Below are positions 26,194 through 38,295 of a stretch of 64,000 nucleotides of DNA, in pieces. This DNA comes from Okamejei kenojei (taxonomy: Eukaryota): NCBI GenBank assembly GCA_035221665.1, contig CM069147.1, positions 47,244,001 through 47,308,000 on the forward strand. The letters are read 5' to 3'. The number at the start of each line of letters is the position of its first letter. Position 1 is the first letter of the stretch. The position numbers were made by a program, and so were the translations under genes. The notes beneath the pieces are model-generated. The model did no database searches. It worked only from the letters and a program-made list of their open reading frames with translations, and was not told where the DNA came from.

Positions 26194-27449
26194 TGGTTAA
26201 TAATCGGAAGAAACTGGAACTGGTGGGTACAATTACTATCTATAAGAGCCATTTAGAAGGAACAGCCAAGGCATAGAAGGTAACGGCGAATATGGGCAAA
26301 TGGAAGTAGTATAGATGGGCAAAAAGATTTAGCATGGTGAACTAAAGAGCCTGCTTTTCTGCTGTAGAAATCTATGTTCAAGGCTAAGGTCAATTCATTA
26401 GTCTGCCCATTTCTGCCCACAGTCTGCCAGATTATTTACTGTTTTAATCAAAGAAATTAACTATTATTCCACCTTACCTTAGCCCTCTGTCCAACATGTC
26501 CCAGTGTGACGTTAATCAAGAAGTAGTGAACTGCATCAGGCAAATTTTCTATTTCAATTAGTGGCTTTCAGTCAGTGAACAAAAACGTTCACTAAATTAA
26601 AATACTATAGAAAACAAAAATATTTAATACAATATCCTGGAAATACTCAGCTGGCCATGCAAGATGGCCTATTTTAACTGTGACTCCTTAATAGAGGCTA
26701 AATAATTTGTGACTAGTTTTGATTCTGCATCGTGGGTCTGCCATTCTAAAGTTGCTACACAATTAAACCTTAATATGGGCGATAATAAATCTTCCCCCCC
26801 CCCCAAAAAAAAGCAGACACAGTGGAGCATCCAAGCTTACTGTATCCAGGATATAGTTAGGTACCATTATCAAGGCAGTGATTTATAGCTAAACTATATG
26901 ACTGTGAGATGGAATTAATACTGCATGGGAAGCACGCTTGGCACTGTACACAGTTCTAGACTTTGGATCAAAGTTGCTTGGACCATGTTAACAGTGCCAA
27001 CATAAACAAACCAAAATGATAGAGGATATGTGGCATAAATTTGGTCAAAAAGAAATATGAAGCACAAGGCTCAGAATGATTAAATAAGACATGGCCTTAA
27101 ATTAAGCAAGAGGGTACTCTTGTGGACAATTAGAAATGTCATTGGGGAATAAGACTACAAAAATACCTAGGCTTTTTATACGTACAAAAAAAGCACAAGG
27201 GTAACCAAGGCGAAGATGTGACCGCTCAACGATAAAGGATGTAGTCAGAGGATGTGGGCGAGGTACTAAATGAGTATAGTAAATTCTCATTTTAATGGAA
27301 CTCTTTATAACAGATTTTGGTTATGGCGGATGGATCTGCCGACCCAACCCCGGATTGCAAGGTGCACCAGCGAGCCTTACTTCACCCACCGTGCAGTCCA
27401 ATGTCGCGGCTCATATTGTAGCCCCTGAGAACAGTAAGTTCTTCAAGGG

Positions 27450-28570
27450 TTACACAAAAGGCTGGAGAAACTCAGCGGGTGCAGCAGCATCTAAGGAGCG
27501 AAGGAGATAGGCGACGTTTCGGGTCAAGACCCTTCTTCAGACTGGTCAGGGATCAGGGAAACGAGAGATATAGACGGTGATGTGGAGAGATAAAGAACAA
27601 TGAATGAAAGATATGCAAAAAAGTATCGGTGATCAAGCGATTGTAAGCTGTTTGTGGTGTGAAAATGAGAAGCTAGTGCGACTAGGGTGGGGGAGGGAGA
27701 TAGAGATAGAGGGAATGCCAGGGCCTGAGGGCTGAGGGAGAGGTGGGAAGGGGAGGAGACAGCAAGGGTTAACAGAATTGAGAAAATTCAATGTTCAAGC
27801 CCAAAGGATGCAGACTCCCCAAGCGGAATATGAGGTGCTGTTCCTCCAACTTGCGGTGTTGCTCACTCTGGCCATGGAGGAGGCCCAGGGGGGACCGAGA
27901 GGTCGGATACGGAATGGGAGGGGGAGTTGAAGTGCTGAGCCACCGGGAGGTCGGGTTTTGGTTTTTGCGGACCGAGCGGAAGTGTTCGGAGAAACGATCG
28001 CCAAGCCTCCGCTTGGTCTCACCGATATAGATCATCTGGCATCTGGAGCAGCGGATGCAGTAGATGAGGTTGGAGGAGGTGTAGGTGAACCTCTGTCAGA
28101 CCTGGAAGGACTGCTTGGGTCCCTGAAAGGAGTGGAGGGGGGAGGTGAAGGGAAAGTGTAGCATTTCTTGCGGTTGCAAGGGAGAAAGTGCCCGGGGAAG
28201 GGGTAGAGCGGGAGGGAAGGGAAGAATTGACAAGGGAGTTGAGGAGGGAGTGGTCTTTGCGGAAGGCAGACAGGGGGGGAGATGGGAAGATGTGGCGAGT
28301 GGAGGGGTCCACGTTGGAGGTGGCGAAACTGGCGGAGGACTATGTGTTGTATTTGCCGGCTGGTGGGGTGAAAGGTGAGGACCAGCGGGACTCTGCTCTG
28401 TTTGCGAGTGGGGGAATGGGGACGAGAGGGCAGTGTTGCGGGGTATGGAGGAGACCCTGGTGCGAGCCTCATCAATAGTGGGGGAGGGGAATCCCCGTTC
28501 TCTGAAGAATGAGGCGATTTGTGATGACCTGGTGTGGAACACCTCATCCTGGGAGCAGATGCGGCGGTAT
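27450..28570 (-). mobile_element. Penelope-like retroelement (GIY-YIG endonuclease and pseudo-LTR)
   Basis: IYIGETKRRLGDRFSEHFRSVR; RVPLVLTFHPTS; terminal repeat with CTGAAGA..GAAAC core. Confidence 0.9.
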
Positions 28571-28689
28571 CAAAAGGTATGTTCTTTTATTTCTGAGGAT
28601 ATGAACTCTGGTTCTAAACTCCTACTAGTGAAAACATCCTCTCCAGCGAGTACTGGCCCAGTACCATCAAACATTCATCATATGTTAAC

Positions 28690-28736
28690 CCAATCATTCC
28701 TGGGATCATTCTCGTAAACTTCTATGGACCCCTGCT

Positions 28737-28771
<35 letters not shown>

Positions 28772-29420
28772 CAGCAGCACATCCTTCAGATATGGGGCTC
28801 AAAGCTGCTCACAATACTCCAAATGTGGTGTGACCAGTATCTTATCATTACATCCGTTTTTGTATTCTGGCCCTCTCAAAATAATGCTAGCATTTCATTC
28901 GGCTTCCTTACTACCTACTGGACTTCCAAATTAACTTTTTGGAAATCCTGCACCAGCACTCTGAAGTCTCTTTGCACCTCCAATTTCTCTCGTCTTACTA
29001 CCAAAATGCATGATTCCACACTTTGCTATATTGTATTCCATCTGCCACTCTCCCAACCTGTACAGGTCCTTCCGCAGTCACTGCTTTACACTACCTGCCC
29101 CTCTGCCTATCTTCGTATCATCTGTAAACTTGGCCACAAAGTCTTCAATTCCCTGATCCAAATCATTGATATGCAACATGAAGTATAGCGGCCCCAGCAC
29201 CGACCACTGCAGAACAACGCTGGTCACTGGCAGCCAACCAGAAAAAGACCCCATTATTGCTAATCTTTACCTTCTGCCATTCAGTCAACCTATTCATACT
29301 AGTATCTTCCCGCTGATACCGTGGGCTCTCATCTTCTTTAGCAGCCTTGTGTGCGTCACCTTATCAAAGGCTTTCTGAAACCCAGGTAAACAATATCCAC
29401 TGACTTACCTTTGTGTATCC
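28690..29420 (-). mobile_element. CR1 LINE RT fragment
   Basis: Reverse-strand VYLGFQKAFDKV and KFTDDTKIG remnants; continues at ~30090-30500. Confidence 0.8.
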
Positions 29421-29469
29421 TGCTATTTACTCCATCGCGGAGGGTTGGGGGGGTAGAGGGGGGGGGGGG

Positions 29470-30090
29470 TCAGTCTCAATCTATACCACAACAGGAGTTT
29501 GATAGACATAGGGAAGAAAAATCGCCTGTGACGTTCTGTCCTGCAACTTGGAACAATTCTGTTGCTGAAGGTACTCTTTAGGTTGACCAGTGTGTCATGG
29601 AGGGGGTGAGCTGTATTGTCCAGGATGTTCCACAGTTTGAGGAGCATCCTAACCTCCAAGACCACCTCCCAAGAATCCAACTCCATCCTCAGGACGGAGC
29701 CAGCTTTCCTGATGAATTTGTTGATCTTATTGGTGTCTGCGGCCTTCGCCCTGGTGCCCCAGCACACGATAGCGAAGAAAATGGCACTGGCTACCACTGA
29801 TTGGTTGAACATCTACAGCATCTTACTGCAGATGTTGAAGGAGCAGAGCCTTCTCAAAAAGTACAACCGGCTTTGTCCCTTGTACATGGCCTCAGTGTTC
29901 CTGGAACAGTCCAGTTTACTGTCCAGGTACACTACAAGGTATTTGTACTCCCTGGTAAACTGCACATCCACACCATTGATGGAGACGGGACAGGGGTGTT
30001 CCTCTATCTCTCCTCCTAATGTCCACCACTAGCTCCTTAGTCTTGTCGATGTTGAGCTGCAGGTGATTCAGCCCACATCACTCAACAAAG
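29470..30090 (-). mobile_element. Rex/Babar LINE fragment inserted in CR1
   Basis: FNQSVVASAIFFAIVCWG..AHPLH..RTERHRRFFFP. Confidence 0.8.
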
Positions 30091-30529
30091 TAGTTGACTA
30101 CACCTCTTCTGAGCATTCAGAAACTTCATGCTTTATAATGGACTCTAAAATCTACCCAACCACTGAAGTCAGGCTAACTGGCCTATAGTTTCTACTCTTA
30201 TGCTTCGCTCCCTTCCTGCACAGCGGAGTAATAATTTGCAATTTACCAATCATCTGGAACCACTCCTGACTAGCGATTCTTGAAAGATCACAACTAATGC
30301 CTCCACAATCTTTAAAGCCACTTCTTTCATAACCCTAGGCTGTAGATCAGCTGGTCTCCCTGACTCTCTTAAATTTCAAGCAGGTTTATTTCTTCATTAT
30401 CACTTTTCCAGCAGTCCAATGCCCACTCTTATCTGAAGAAACTTTTTCTATCCTCTTTTATATTATTAGCTAGCTTCTTTCATGTTTCATCTGTTCTCCC
30501 CGTATTGATTTTTTTGTTACCATTAGTTA

Positions 30530-33500
30530 CTGGGGGAGGTGGGACCAGTACAAACAGGACAGTCTGCACCTGGGCTGGAATGGAACCAATGTCCTTGGGG
30601 GAGTGTTTGCTAGTGCTGTCGGGGAGGATTTAAACTAATGTGGCAGGGGGATGGGTACAAGAGCAGAGAGGCAGGTGGGTGTAAAATGAGGGTAGAAGCA
30701 ATAGGTAGCAAGGTGAAAAGTAAAAGTGGCAGGCATACAAAACCAGGGCAAAAATCAAAAAGGGCCACTTTTCAACATAATTGTATAAGGGGTAAGAGCG
30801 TTGTAAAAACAAGCCTGAAGGCTTTGTGTCTCAATGCAAGGAGTATTCGTAATAAGGTGGATGAGTTGAATGTGAGATAGCTATTAATGATTATGATATA
30901 GTTGGGATCATGGAGACATGGCTCCAGGGTGACGTAGGCTGGGAGCTAAACATCCAGGGATATTCAATATTCAGGAGGGATAGAGAGAAAGGAAAAGGAG
31001 GTGGGGTAGCGTTGCGGGTTAGAGAGGAGATTAATGCAATGGAAAGGAAGGACATTAGCTTGGAGGATGTGGAGTCGGTATGGGTAGAGCTGCGGAACAC
31101 TAAGGGGCAGAAAACACTGGTGAGTGTTGTGTACAGGCCACCTAACAGTAGTAGTGAAGCTGGGGATGGTATCAAACTGGAAATTAGAAATGCGTGCGAC
31201 AAAGGCAAAACAATTATAATGAGTGACTTCAATCTACATATAGATTGGGTGAATCAAATTGGCAGGGGTGCTGAGGAAGAGGATTTTTTGGAATGTATGC
31301 GGGATAGTTATCTAAATCAACATGTAGAGGAACCAATGAGAGAGCAGGCTATTTTTAGACTGGTGTTTTTTGAGTAATGAGGAAGGGGTAGTTAGCAGTC
31401 TTGTTGTACGTGCCCCCTTGGGCAAGAGTGACCATAATATGGTTGAGTTCTTCATTAAGATGGAGAGTGACATTGTTAATTCAGAAACAATGGTTCTGAA
31501 CTTAAAGAACGGTAACTTTGAGGGCATGAGACGTGAATTGGCCAAGATAGACTGGCAATTAATTCTAAAAGGGTTGACGGTGGATATACAATGGAAGACA
31601 TTTAAAGACTTCATGGATGAACTACAAAAATTGTTCATCCCAGTTTGGCAAAAGAATAAATCAGGGAAGGTAGTGCGTCCGTAACAAGGGAAATCAGGGA
31701 TAGTATCAAAGCAAAGGATGATGCGTACAAAGTAGCCAGAAAAAGCAGCATACCAGAGGACTGGGAGAAATTCAGGGACCAGCAGAGGAGGACAAAGGGC
31801 TTAATTAGGAAAGGAAAAATAGATTATGAAAGAAAACTGGCAGGGAACATAAAAACTGACTGCAAAAGTTTTTATAGATATGTGAAGAGAAAGAGATTAG
31901 TAAAACAAATGTAGGTCCCTTGCAGTCAGAAACAGGTGAGTTGATCATGGGGAACAAAGATATGGCGGACCAATTGAATAACTTTGGAGACTTTGGTTCC
32001 GTCTTCACTAAGGAAGACATAAATAATCTGCCGGAAATAGCAGGGGACCGCGGGACAAAGGAGGAAACGAGTGAAATCCAGGTTAGTTGGGAAGTGGTGT
32101 TGGGTGAATTGAATGGATTAAAGGCCGATAAATCCCCAGGGCCAGATAGGCTGCATCCCAGCGTACTTAAGGAAGTAGCTCTGGAAATAGTGGATGCATT
32201 AGTGATAATCTTTCAAAACTCTTTAGAATCTGGAGTAGTTCCTGAGGATTGGCGGGTAGCAAACGTAACCCCTCTTTTTAAGAAGGGAGGGAGAGAGAAA
32301 ATGGGGAATTACAGACCAGTTAGTCTAACATCGGTAGTGGGGAAACTGCTAGAGTCAGTTATTAAAGATGGGAAAGCAGCACATTTGGAAAGTGGTGAAA
32401 TCATTGGACAAAGTCAGCATGGATTTACGAAAGGTAAATCATGTCTGACGAATCTTGTGGAATTTTTCGAGGATGTAACTAGTAGCGTGGATAAGGGAGA
32501 ACCAGTGGATGTGGTGTATCTGGGCTTCCAGAAGGCTTTCGACAAGGTCCCATATAAGAGATTAGTATACAAACTTAAAGCATATGGCATTGGGGGTTCA
32601 GTATTGATGTGGATAGAGAACTGGCTGGCAAACAGGAAGCAAAGAGTAGGAGTAAACGGATCCTTTTCACAATGGCAGGCAGTGACTAGTGGGGTACCGC
32701 AAGGCTCAGTTATGGGACCCCAGCTATTTGCAATATATATTAATGATCTGGATGAGGGAATTGAAGGCAATATCAACAAGTTTGCAGATGACACCAAGCT
32801 GGGGGGCTGTGTTAGCTGTGAGGAGGATGCTAGGAGACTGCAAGGTGACTTGGATAGGCTGGGTGAGTGGGCAAATGTTTGGCAGATGCAGTATAATGTG
32901 GATTAATGTGAGGTTATGTGGCAAAAACAGGAAAGCAGACTATTATCTAAATGGTGGCCGATTAGGAAAAGGGGAGATGCAGCGAGACCTGGGTGTCATG
33001 GTACACCAGTCATTGAAAGTAGGCATGCATGTGCAGCAGGCAGTGAAGAAAGCGAATGGTATGTTAGCTTTCATAGGAAAAGGATTTGAGTATAGGAGCA
33101 GGGAAGTTCTACTTCAGTTGTTCAGGGTCTTGGTGAGACCATACCTGGAGTATTGCGTACAGTTTTGGTCTCCAAATCTGAGGAAGGACATTCTTGCCAT
33201 AGAGGGAGTGCAGAGAAGGTTCACCAGACTGATTCCTGGGATGTCAGGACTGTCTTATGAAGAAAGACTGGAGAGACTCGGTTTATACTCTCTAGAATTT
33301 AGGAGATTGAGGGTGGATCTTATAGAAACTTACAAAATTCTTCAGGGTTTGGACAGGCTAGATGCAGGAAAATTGTTCCCGATGTTGGGAAGTCCAGGAC
33401 AAGGGGTCACAGCTTAAGGATAAGGGGGAAATCCTTAAAGACCGAGATGAGAAAGACTTTTTTCACACAGAGTGGTGAGTCTCTGGAACTCTCTGCCAGA

Positions 33501-33695
33501 GAAGGTAATTGAGGCCAGTTCATTGGCTGTATTTAAGAGGGAGTTAGATGTGGCCCTTGTGGCTAAGGGGATCAGAGGGTATGGAGAGAAGCCAGGTACG
33601 GGATACTGAGTTGGATGATCAGCCATGATCACATTGAATGGCGGTGCAGGATCGAAGGGCCGAATGGCCTACTCCTGCACCTAATTTCTATGTTA
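30530..33695 (+). mobile_element. Near full-length CR1 LINE (ORF1 tail and disrupted ORF2 APE-RT)
   Basis: ORF1 SGNH-esterase-like tail WGRWDQYKQDSLHL; LNARSIRNK, ETWL, YRPP, SDHN (APE); KSPGPD, NYRPVSLTS, QHGF, FADD (RT); several stops and frameshifts. Confidence 0.95.
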
Positions 33696-33733
33696 CTGGT
33701 TATATTGAACAATCGGTAATAACAGACACCACC

Positions 33734-33734
<1 letters not shown>

Positions 33735-33797
<63 letters not shown>
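33735..33797. repeat. Poly-C homopolymer (~63 nt)
   Basis: Uninterrupted C run; other C runs at ~25427-25467 and ~28738-28769. Confidence 0.9.
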
Positions 33798-33800
<3 letters not shown>

Positions 33801-33869
33801 ATTGTCCTTTATTACAAGGGTTACTGTACTTTACATCTATATATTCACCATGGAAAAGGACATGAAGGA

Positions 33870-34635
33870 CAGTAAAACCAAAGTGGGGAATACTAAATGC
33901 AAGGTCAATTTGTGATCAAGAAGGATATAGTGTTGGGGCTCTTGAAGCTTATTAAGGTGGATAAATCCCCAGGACCTGTTGGGATCTATCTCAGGTTATA
34001 GAGGGGTTAAAAAGGAGATTGTAGAGACCTTGCCGAAAATATTTGTATCTTCTCTAGCCACAGGTCAGGCCTCAGAGAACTGGTGAGTGGCTAATGTTGT
34101 TTTCTTTGTTTCAGAAAAAAAATAGAGATAATCCAGGAAATTAAAGGCTAGTGAGCCTCGTGTCAGTGGTAGGGAAGGTGTGGGAGAGGATTATTTGGGG
34201 AAGGATTTATTTAGAATGGGCTAAATAGGGACAGGCTGTATGGCTTTGTTTGCAACATGTTTTACTAACTTGATTGCATTTCTTGAGATGACAAAGGCAG
34301 TTGATGAGGGTAGCTTGGTGGATGTTTGTCTACATGGATTTTATTCGTTTTTGATAAAAGTTCCTCATGGTAGGCTTATCTAGAAGATTAGGCTTCATGG
34401 AATCGATGATGACCTTGTCATTTGGATTCTGGACTAGTTTACCCATAGAAGACAGTGGGTTGTGGTAGAAGGATGTTATTCTGTTTGTATTTCTATGACC
34501 AATGAAGTTCCATATGGATATATGCTAGAACCTCTGTTGTATGTGATATATTTAACAACTTGGATGTAAATGTAGATGGGTTGGTTAGTAAGTTTGCCGA
34601 AGACACCCAAATTGATGGAATTGCAGAAAGCGCAG
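33870..34635 (+). mobile_element. Decayed CR1 RT fragment
   Basis: KVDKSPGP.., VSKFAEDT remnants. Confidence 0.75.
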
Positions 34636-34639
34636 ACAA

Positions 34640-35262
34640 TTGCACCTCCTCCAACCTCATCAACTGTATCTGTTGTTCCAGGTATGGACTCCTGTATATC
34701 AGCGAGACCAAAAGCAGGCTCGTCGATCATTTCGCTGAACACCTCCGCTCAGTGCGCCTAAACCTAAACACTTTAACTCCCCCTCCCATTCCCACACTGA
34801 CCTTTATGTCCTGGGCCTCCTCCATTGTCAGTGAGCGCAAATTGATGGAACAGCACCTCAGATATTTCGCTTGGGCAGCTTGCACCCCAGCGGTATGAAC
34901 ATTGACTTCTCTAACTTCAAGTAACCCTTGCTTTCCCTTTCTCTCCATCCCAACCCCTTCCCAGTTCTCTGACCAGTCTTACTGTCTCCGACTACATTTT
35001 ATCTGGAAGGTAGACACAAAATGCTGGAGTAATTCAGCGGGACAGATACATTTTATCTGCCTGCTTTGTTGTTACCTACTCCCAGCTAATGATCTATTCT
35101 ACATTTTCTTTGATCTTCATTCCCTTTGTCCTGTTTTCACACCTTACACTTCCTTATCTATGTACCTCTCCCCCCTGACATCAGTCTGAAGAATGTCCTC
35201 GACCCAAAATGTCACCAGAGATGCTGCCTGTCCTGCTGAGTTACTCCAGCATTTTGTGTCTA
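34640..35262 (+). mobile_element. Penelope-like GIY-YIG fragment and pseudo-LTR
   Basis: CTSSNLINCICCSRYGLLYISETKSRLVDHFAEH. Confidence 0.85.
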
Positions 35263-36049
35263 TATTCTATTCTAAGTTCTGTTATGAGAAGAGATTACTT
35301 GGTGTGGAGCGAGGTGAACATTCAAGGTTGTGGTCAAAGCCTCCTTAAGAAATGCAACTTTATCACCCTCTCATGGGATCCCCGCGGTCAAAACCAATCA
35401 CAGAAGAGCATTCGGGATTACATAGAGCATTTAGGGAGACACAGATGCCCTGTGTAAGCGACCATCTGACTAATTACCTACAAGCCATCTTCTGCCCTGT
35501 GTGTGAAAGGCTATGCAGTTCCCATGTTGGGTGTTGGCCCCATTAATCACCACAGAACACACGGAACTGAAGTGGAATAACAAAACATTCTCGATTCTAA
35601 GTATCTGCTTATAAGAAGTATCCTATTGACAAACAGTCTTACAAAGCCATCCACTGGGTTCCTTGTAGTTTAACGGGCTACAACTGAACTAGCCAAAGAA
35701 TCAGGAGGCAAAGAGAAATGCGCCTCACATCTAGACAGAAACACTCAGCAGGCCTCGGGCAATGTCTGTGGCGAACAGAAAGAGTCCATGTTCCAAGTGG
35801 ACCACCTATCATTGCAACCCTGTCAAAACTTCCAACGAGCAGTCGCCTCCTGGAACACTTCGCTCTCCACTTGTGATGTTATTTCCAGCCCAGCCAGCAG
35901 CAAAGATTATAGTCTTTGGTCAGCAGATGCTGGTATCTGGAGCAACGCAGAGACTGCTGGGGGTACTCGGGGGGGGGTCGAGCAGCATCTGTGGAGGGAA
36001 ATGAACAGGTGGAAACCCTGCACCACCCCACACAACGTCGATTAATCCA

Positions 36050-36755
36050 TGTGACGTTCTTTGCAACCGCGTCAATGGCACTTGATCGATTCGGCAGCCC
36101 CGCTGTGTTTGGATCCAGTTTTCTTTCTGGAATCATTGCGCAGTTTGTGAATCATTCAGGTCATCGTCGGCTCTCCGGTGTCGCCGACGCCCAGCATCTG
36201 GAAACGTCCAGAACATGCCCACGTGACGTGGATGGCAGCGGGGGTGTCGCTCACTCAGCGGGCAGGGCGAGTGCACATGCGCAGTGCCGTGATTCTGGTC
36301 CTCTGGTGAGTGCCCATGCGCAGTGTCGTGAGTCTGGTCCTCTGGCGAGTGCCCATGCGCAGTGCCCCAAGTCTGGTCCTCTGGCGAGTGCCCATGCGCA
36401 GTGCCCCAAGTCTGGTCCTCTGGCGAGTGCCCATGCGCAGTGCCCAAGTCTGGTCCTCTGGTGAGTGCCATGCGCAGTGCCCCAAGTCTGGTCCTCTGGC
36501 GAGTGCCCATGCGCAGTGCCCCAAGTCTGGTCCTCTGGTGAGTGCCCATGCGCAGTGCCCCAAGTCTGGTCCTCTGGTGAGTGCCCATGCGCAATGCCCC
36601 AAGTCTGGTCCTCTGGCGAGTGCCCATGCGCAGTGCCCCAAGTCTGGTCCTCTGGCGAGTGCCCATGCGCAATGCCCCAAGTCTGGTCCTCTGGCGACTG
36701 CCCATGCGCAGTGCCGCGAATCTGGTCCTCTGGCGAGGAGGCAGCAATAGTGAAG
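36050..36755 (+). promoter_or_regulatory. Candidate ADAT1 promoter and non-coding first exon
   Basis: CpG-rich non-transposon segment between KARS1 and the ADAT1 ATG exon; repeated NRF1-like GC(C/A)CATGCGCA motifs; ends at a good donor GAAG|GTAAAG (36755/36756); the ATG exon at 42879 has an acceptor, so an upstream exon is needed. Confidence 0.6.
36269..36734 (+). repeat. 39-bp minisatellite, 12 copies
   Basis: Unit GAGTGCCCATGCGCAGTGCCCCAAGTCTGGTCCTCTGGC; ten 39-bp and two 38-bp units, no spacers. Confidence 0.95.
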
Positions 36756-36923
36756 GTAAAGTGTGTTCCTGTGGAGTTTTTATTCGGACACGTTTATGAA
36801 TTAATCCATGTATTTCTGTCAACATAAACAGTAAACTGAGATGATCTAAGTCCGAACGCATGCTTTCCAAAGATTAAATAATCACAAAAGCAAAAGCGCA
36901 CATTTGGAGTAGAGTGTACTGGT

Positions 36924-36951
36924 CAAAGATCTTACAGCTATAAGATCTTTG
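36924..36951. mobile_element. 28-bp palindromic micro-insertion with 8-bp TSD
   Basis: GTACTGGT|CAAAGATCTTACAGCTATAAGATCTTTG|GTACTGGT. Confidence 0.75.
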
Positions 36952-36974
36952 GTACTGGTCGCTCTGTTATAGGC

Positions 36975-38295
36975 CAGCTGAATCTCCCAGTTGCTAATCA
37001 TTTTAACTCCCATTCCCAATCCAACCTTCCCTCCGCCACTCCCTGGTTAATTCATCCCTTCCCACCCAAACCACCCCCTCCCCGCCCAGGTACCTTCCCC
37101 AGCAACTGCAGAAGATGCAACACCTGTCCCTATACTCTCCTCCCTCGACTCTGTCCAGGGCCCACGACAGTCCTTTAAGGTTAGGCAGAGGTTCACTTGC
37201 ACCTCCTCCAACCTCATCTACTGTTTTGTTCAAGATGTGGGCTCTTGTACATCGGCGAGACCAAACGTAGACTGGGCGATCGTTTCGCGGAACACCATCG
37301 CTCAGCCCACCTGAACCTACCTGATCTCCCGGTTGCTGGGCACTTTAATTTACCATTCCTACACAGACCTTTCTGTCCTCGGTCTACTCCATTGTCAGAG
37401 TGAGGCTAAACGCAAATTGGAGAAACATCATCTCATATTTGCATGGGCAGCTAACAGCCAGTGGTATGAATATTGATTTCTCTCGGCAGCCCCGGCATTC
37501 CTCTCTCCCTTCTCCCACCAATGTCGCACTAGCTTCTCATTTTCACCCTACAAACAGCTTTCAATGGTCTATTTCCTTTATCGTCGTTGCTTTTTTGCAT
37601 ATCTTTCCTTCATTGTTCTTTATCTCTCCACATCACCATCTATATATCTCGTTTCCCTTATCCAAAACCAGTTTGAAGAAGGGTCTTGACCAGAAACGTC
37701 ACCTATTCCAGCTCTACAGAGAAGCTGACTGTCCTGCTGAGTTACTCCAGCTTTTTGTGCCTATCTTCGGTTTAAACCAGCATCTGCAGTTCCTTCTTAC
37801 CCAATCCAACCTTTCCTTCCTGGGTCTTCTCCATTGCCAGAGTGAAGCCATGAGCAAACTGGACGAAAATCACCTCGTATTCCTCTGAGGTAATTTGCAA
37901 TCCAATGGTATAAATACTGTATTCTCCAATTTTAGCTAATACCCCCACTTTTGTCCCCTGTCTTCCCTGTGCCCCACATTTGTGTGCATAAATTTCTCCT
38001 AATATCCTGTTCCCCATAACCTTACATATATACATCCCTCTGGACTTTCATTCCACTTTTTATCTGATGGCCTTTTGTCCCTCTTTCATCTCTAACCTTT
38101 GCCAACCTAACTGCTAATTAACCCCCTTCACCTGTTTCCACCTATCACTTGCCAGAGTTTGTCGTCCCCACCACTTTCCCAGCTTTCTCCGTGACTATAA
38201 TCTGTCTGAAGAACCGTTCTGACCCGACCCAAAAATGTTGCCTGGCCATGTCCTGCAGAGATGATGCATGATCTGCTGAATTACTGCAGCACTTT
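36975..38295 (+). mobile_element. Penelope-like elements (nested fragments)
   Basis: CSRCGLLYIGETKRRLGDRFAEH; two pseudo-LTR copies (~37670-37800, ~38200-38295). Confidence 0.85.

Noticed and set aside
31920-33417. Reverse transcriptase ORFs as a domesticated or novel RT system
   Set aside because: Ordinary CR1 ORF2 with stops and frameshifts and multiple related copies in the window.
35879-36136. Minus-strand 85-aa ORF as a divergent gene from the putative ADAT1 promoter
   Set aside because: No recognisable homology; its 3' part runs into a decayed Penelope terminal repeat. A divergent non-coding transcript cannot be excluded.
36269-36734. CRISPR-like array or repeat-protein gene (ORFs of 120-245 aa on both strands)
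   Set aside because: Units are contiguous with no unique spacers and no cas genes; ORFs arise because the 39-bp unit lacks stops, and two 38-bp units shift the frame.
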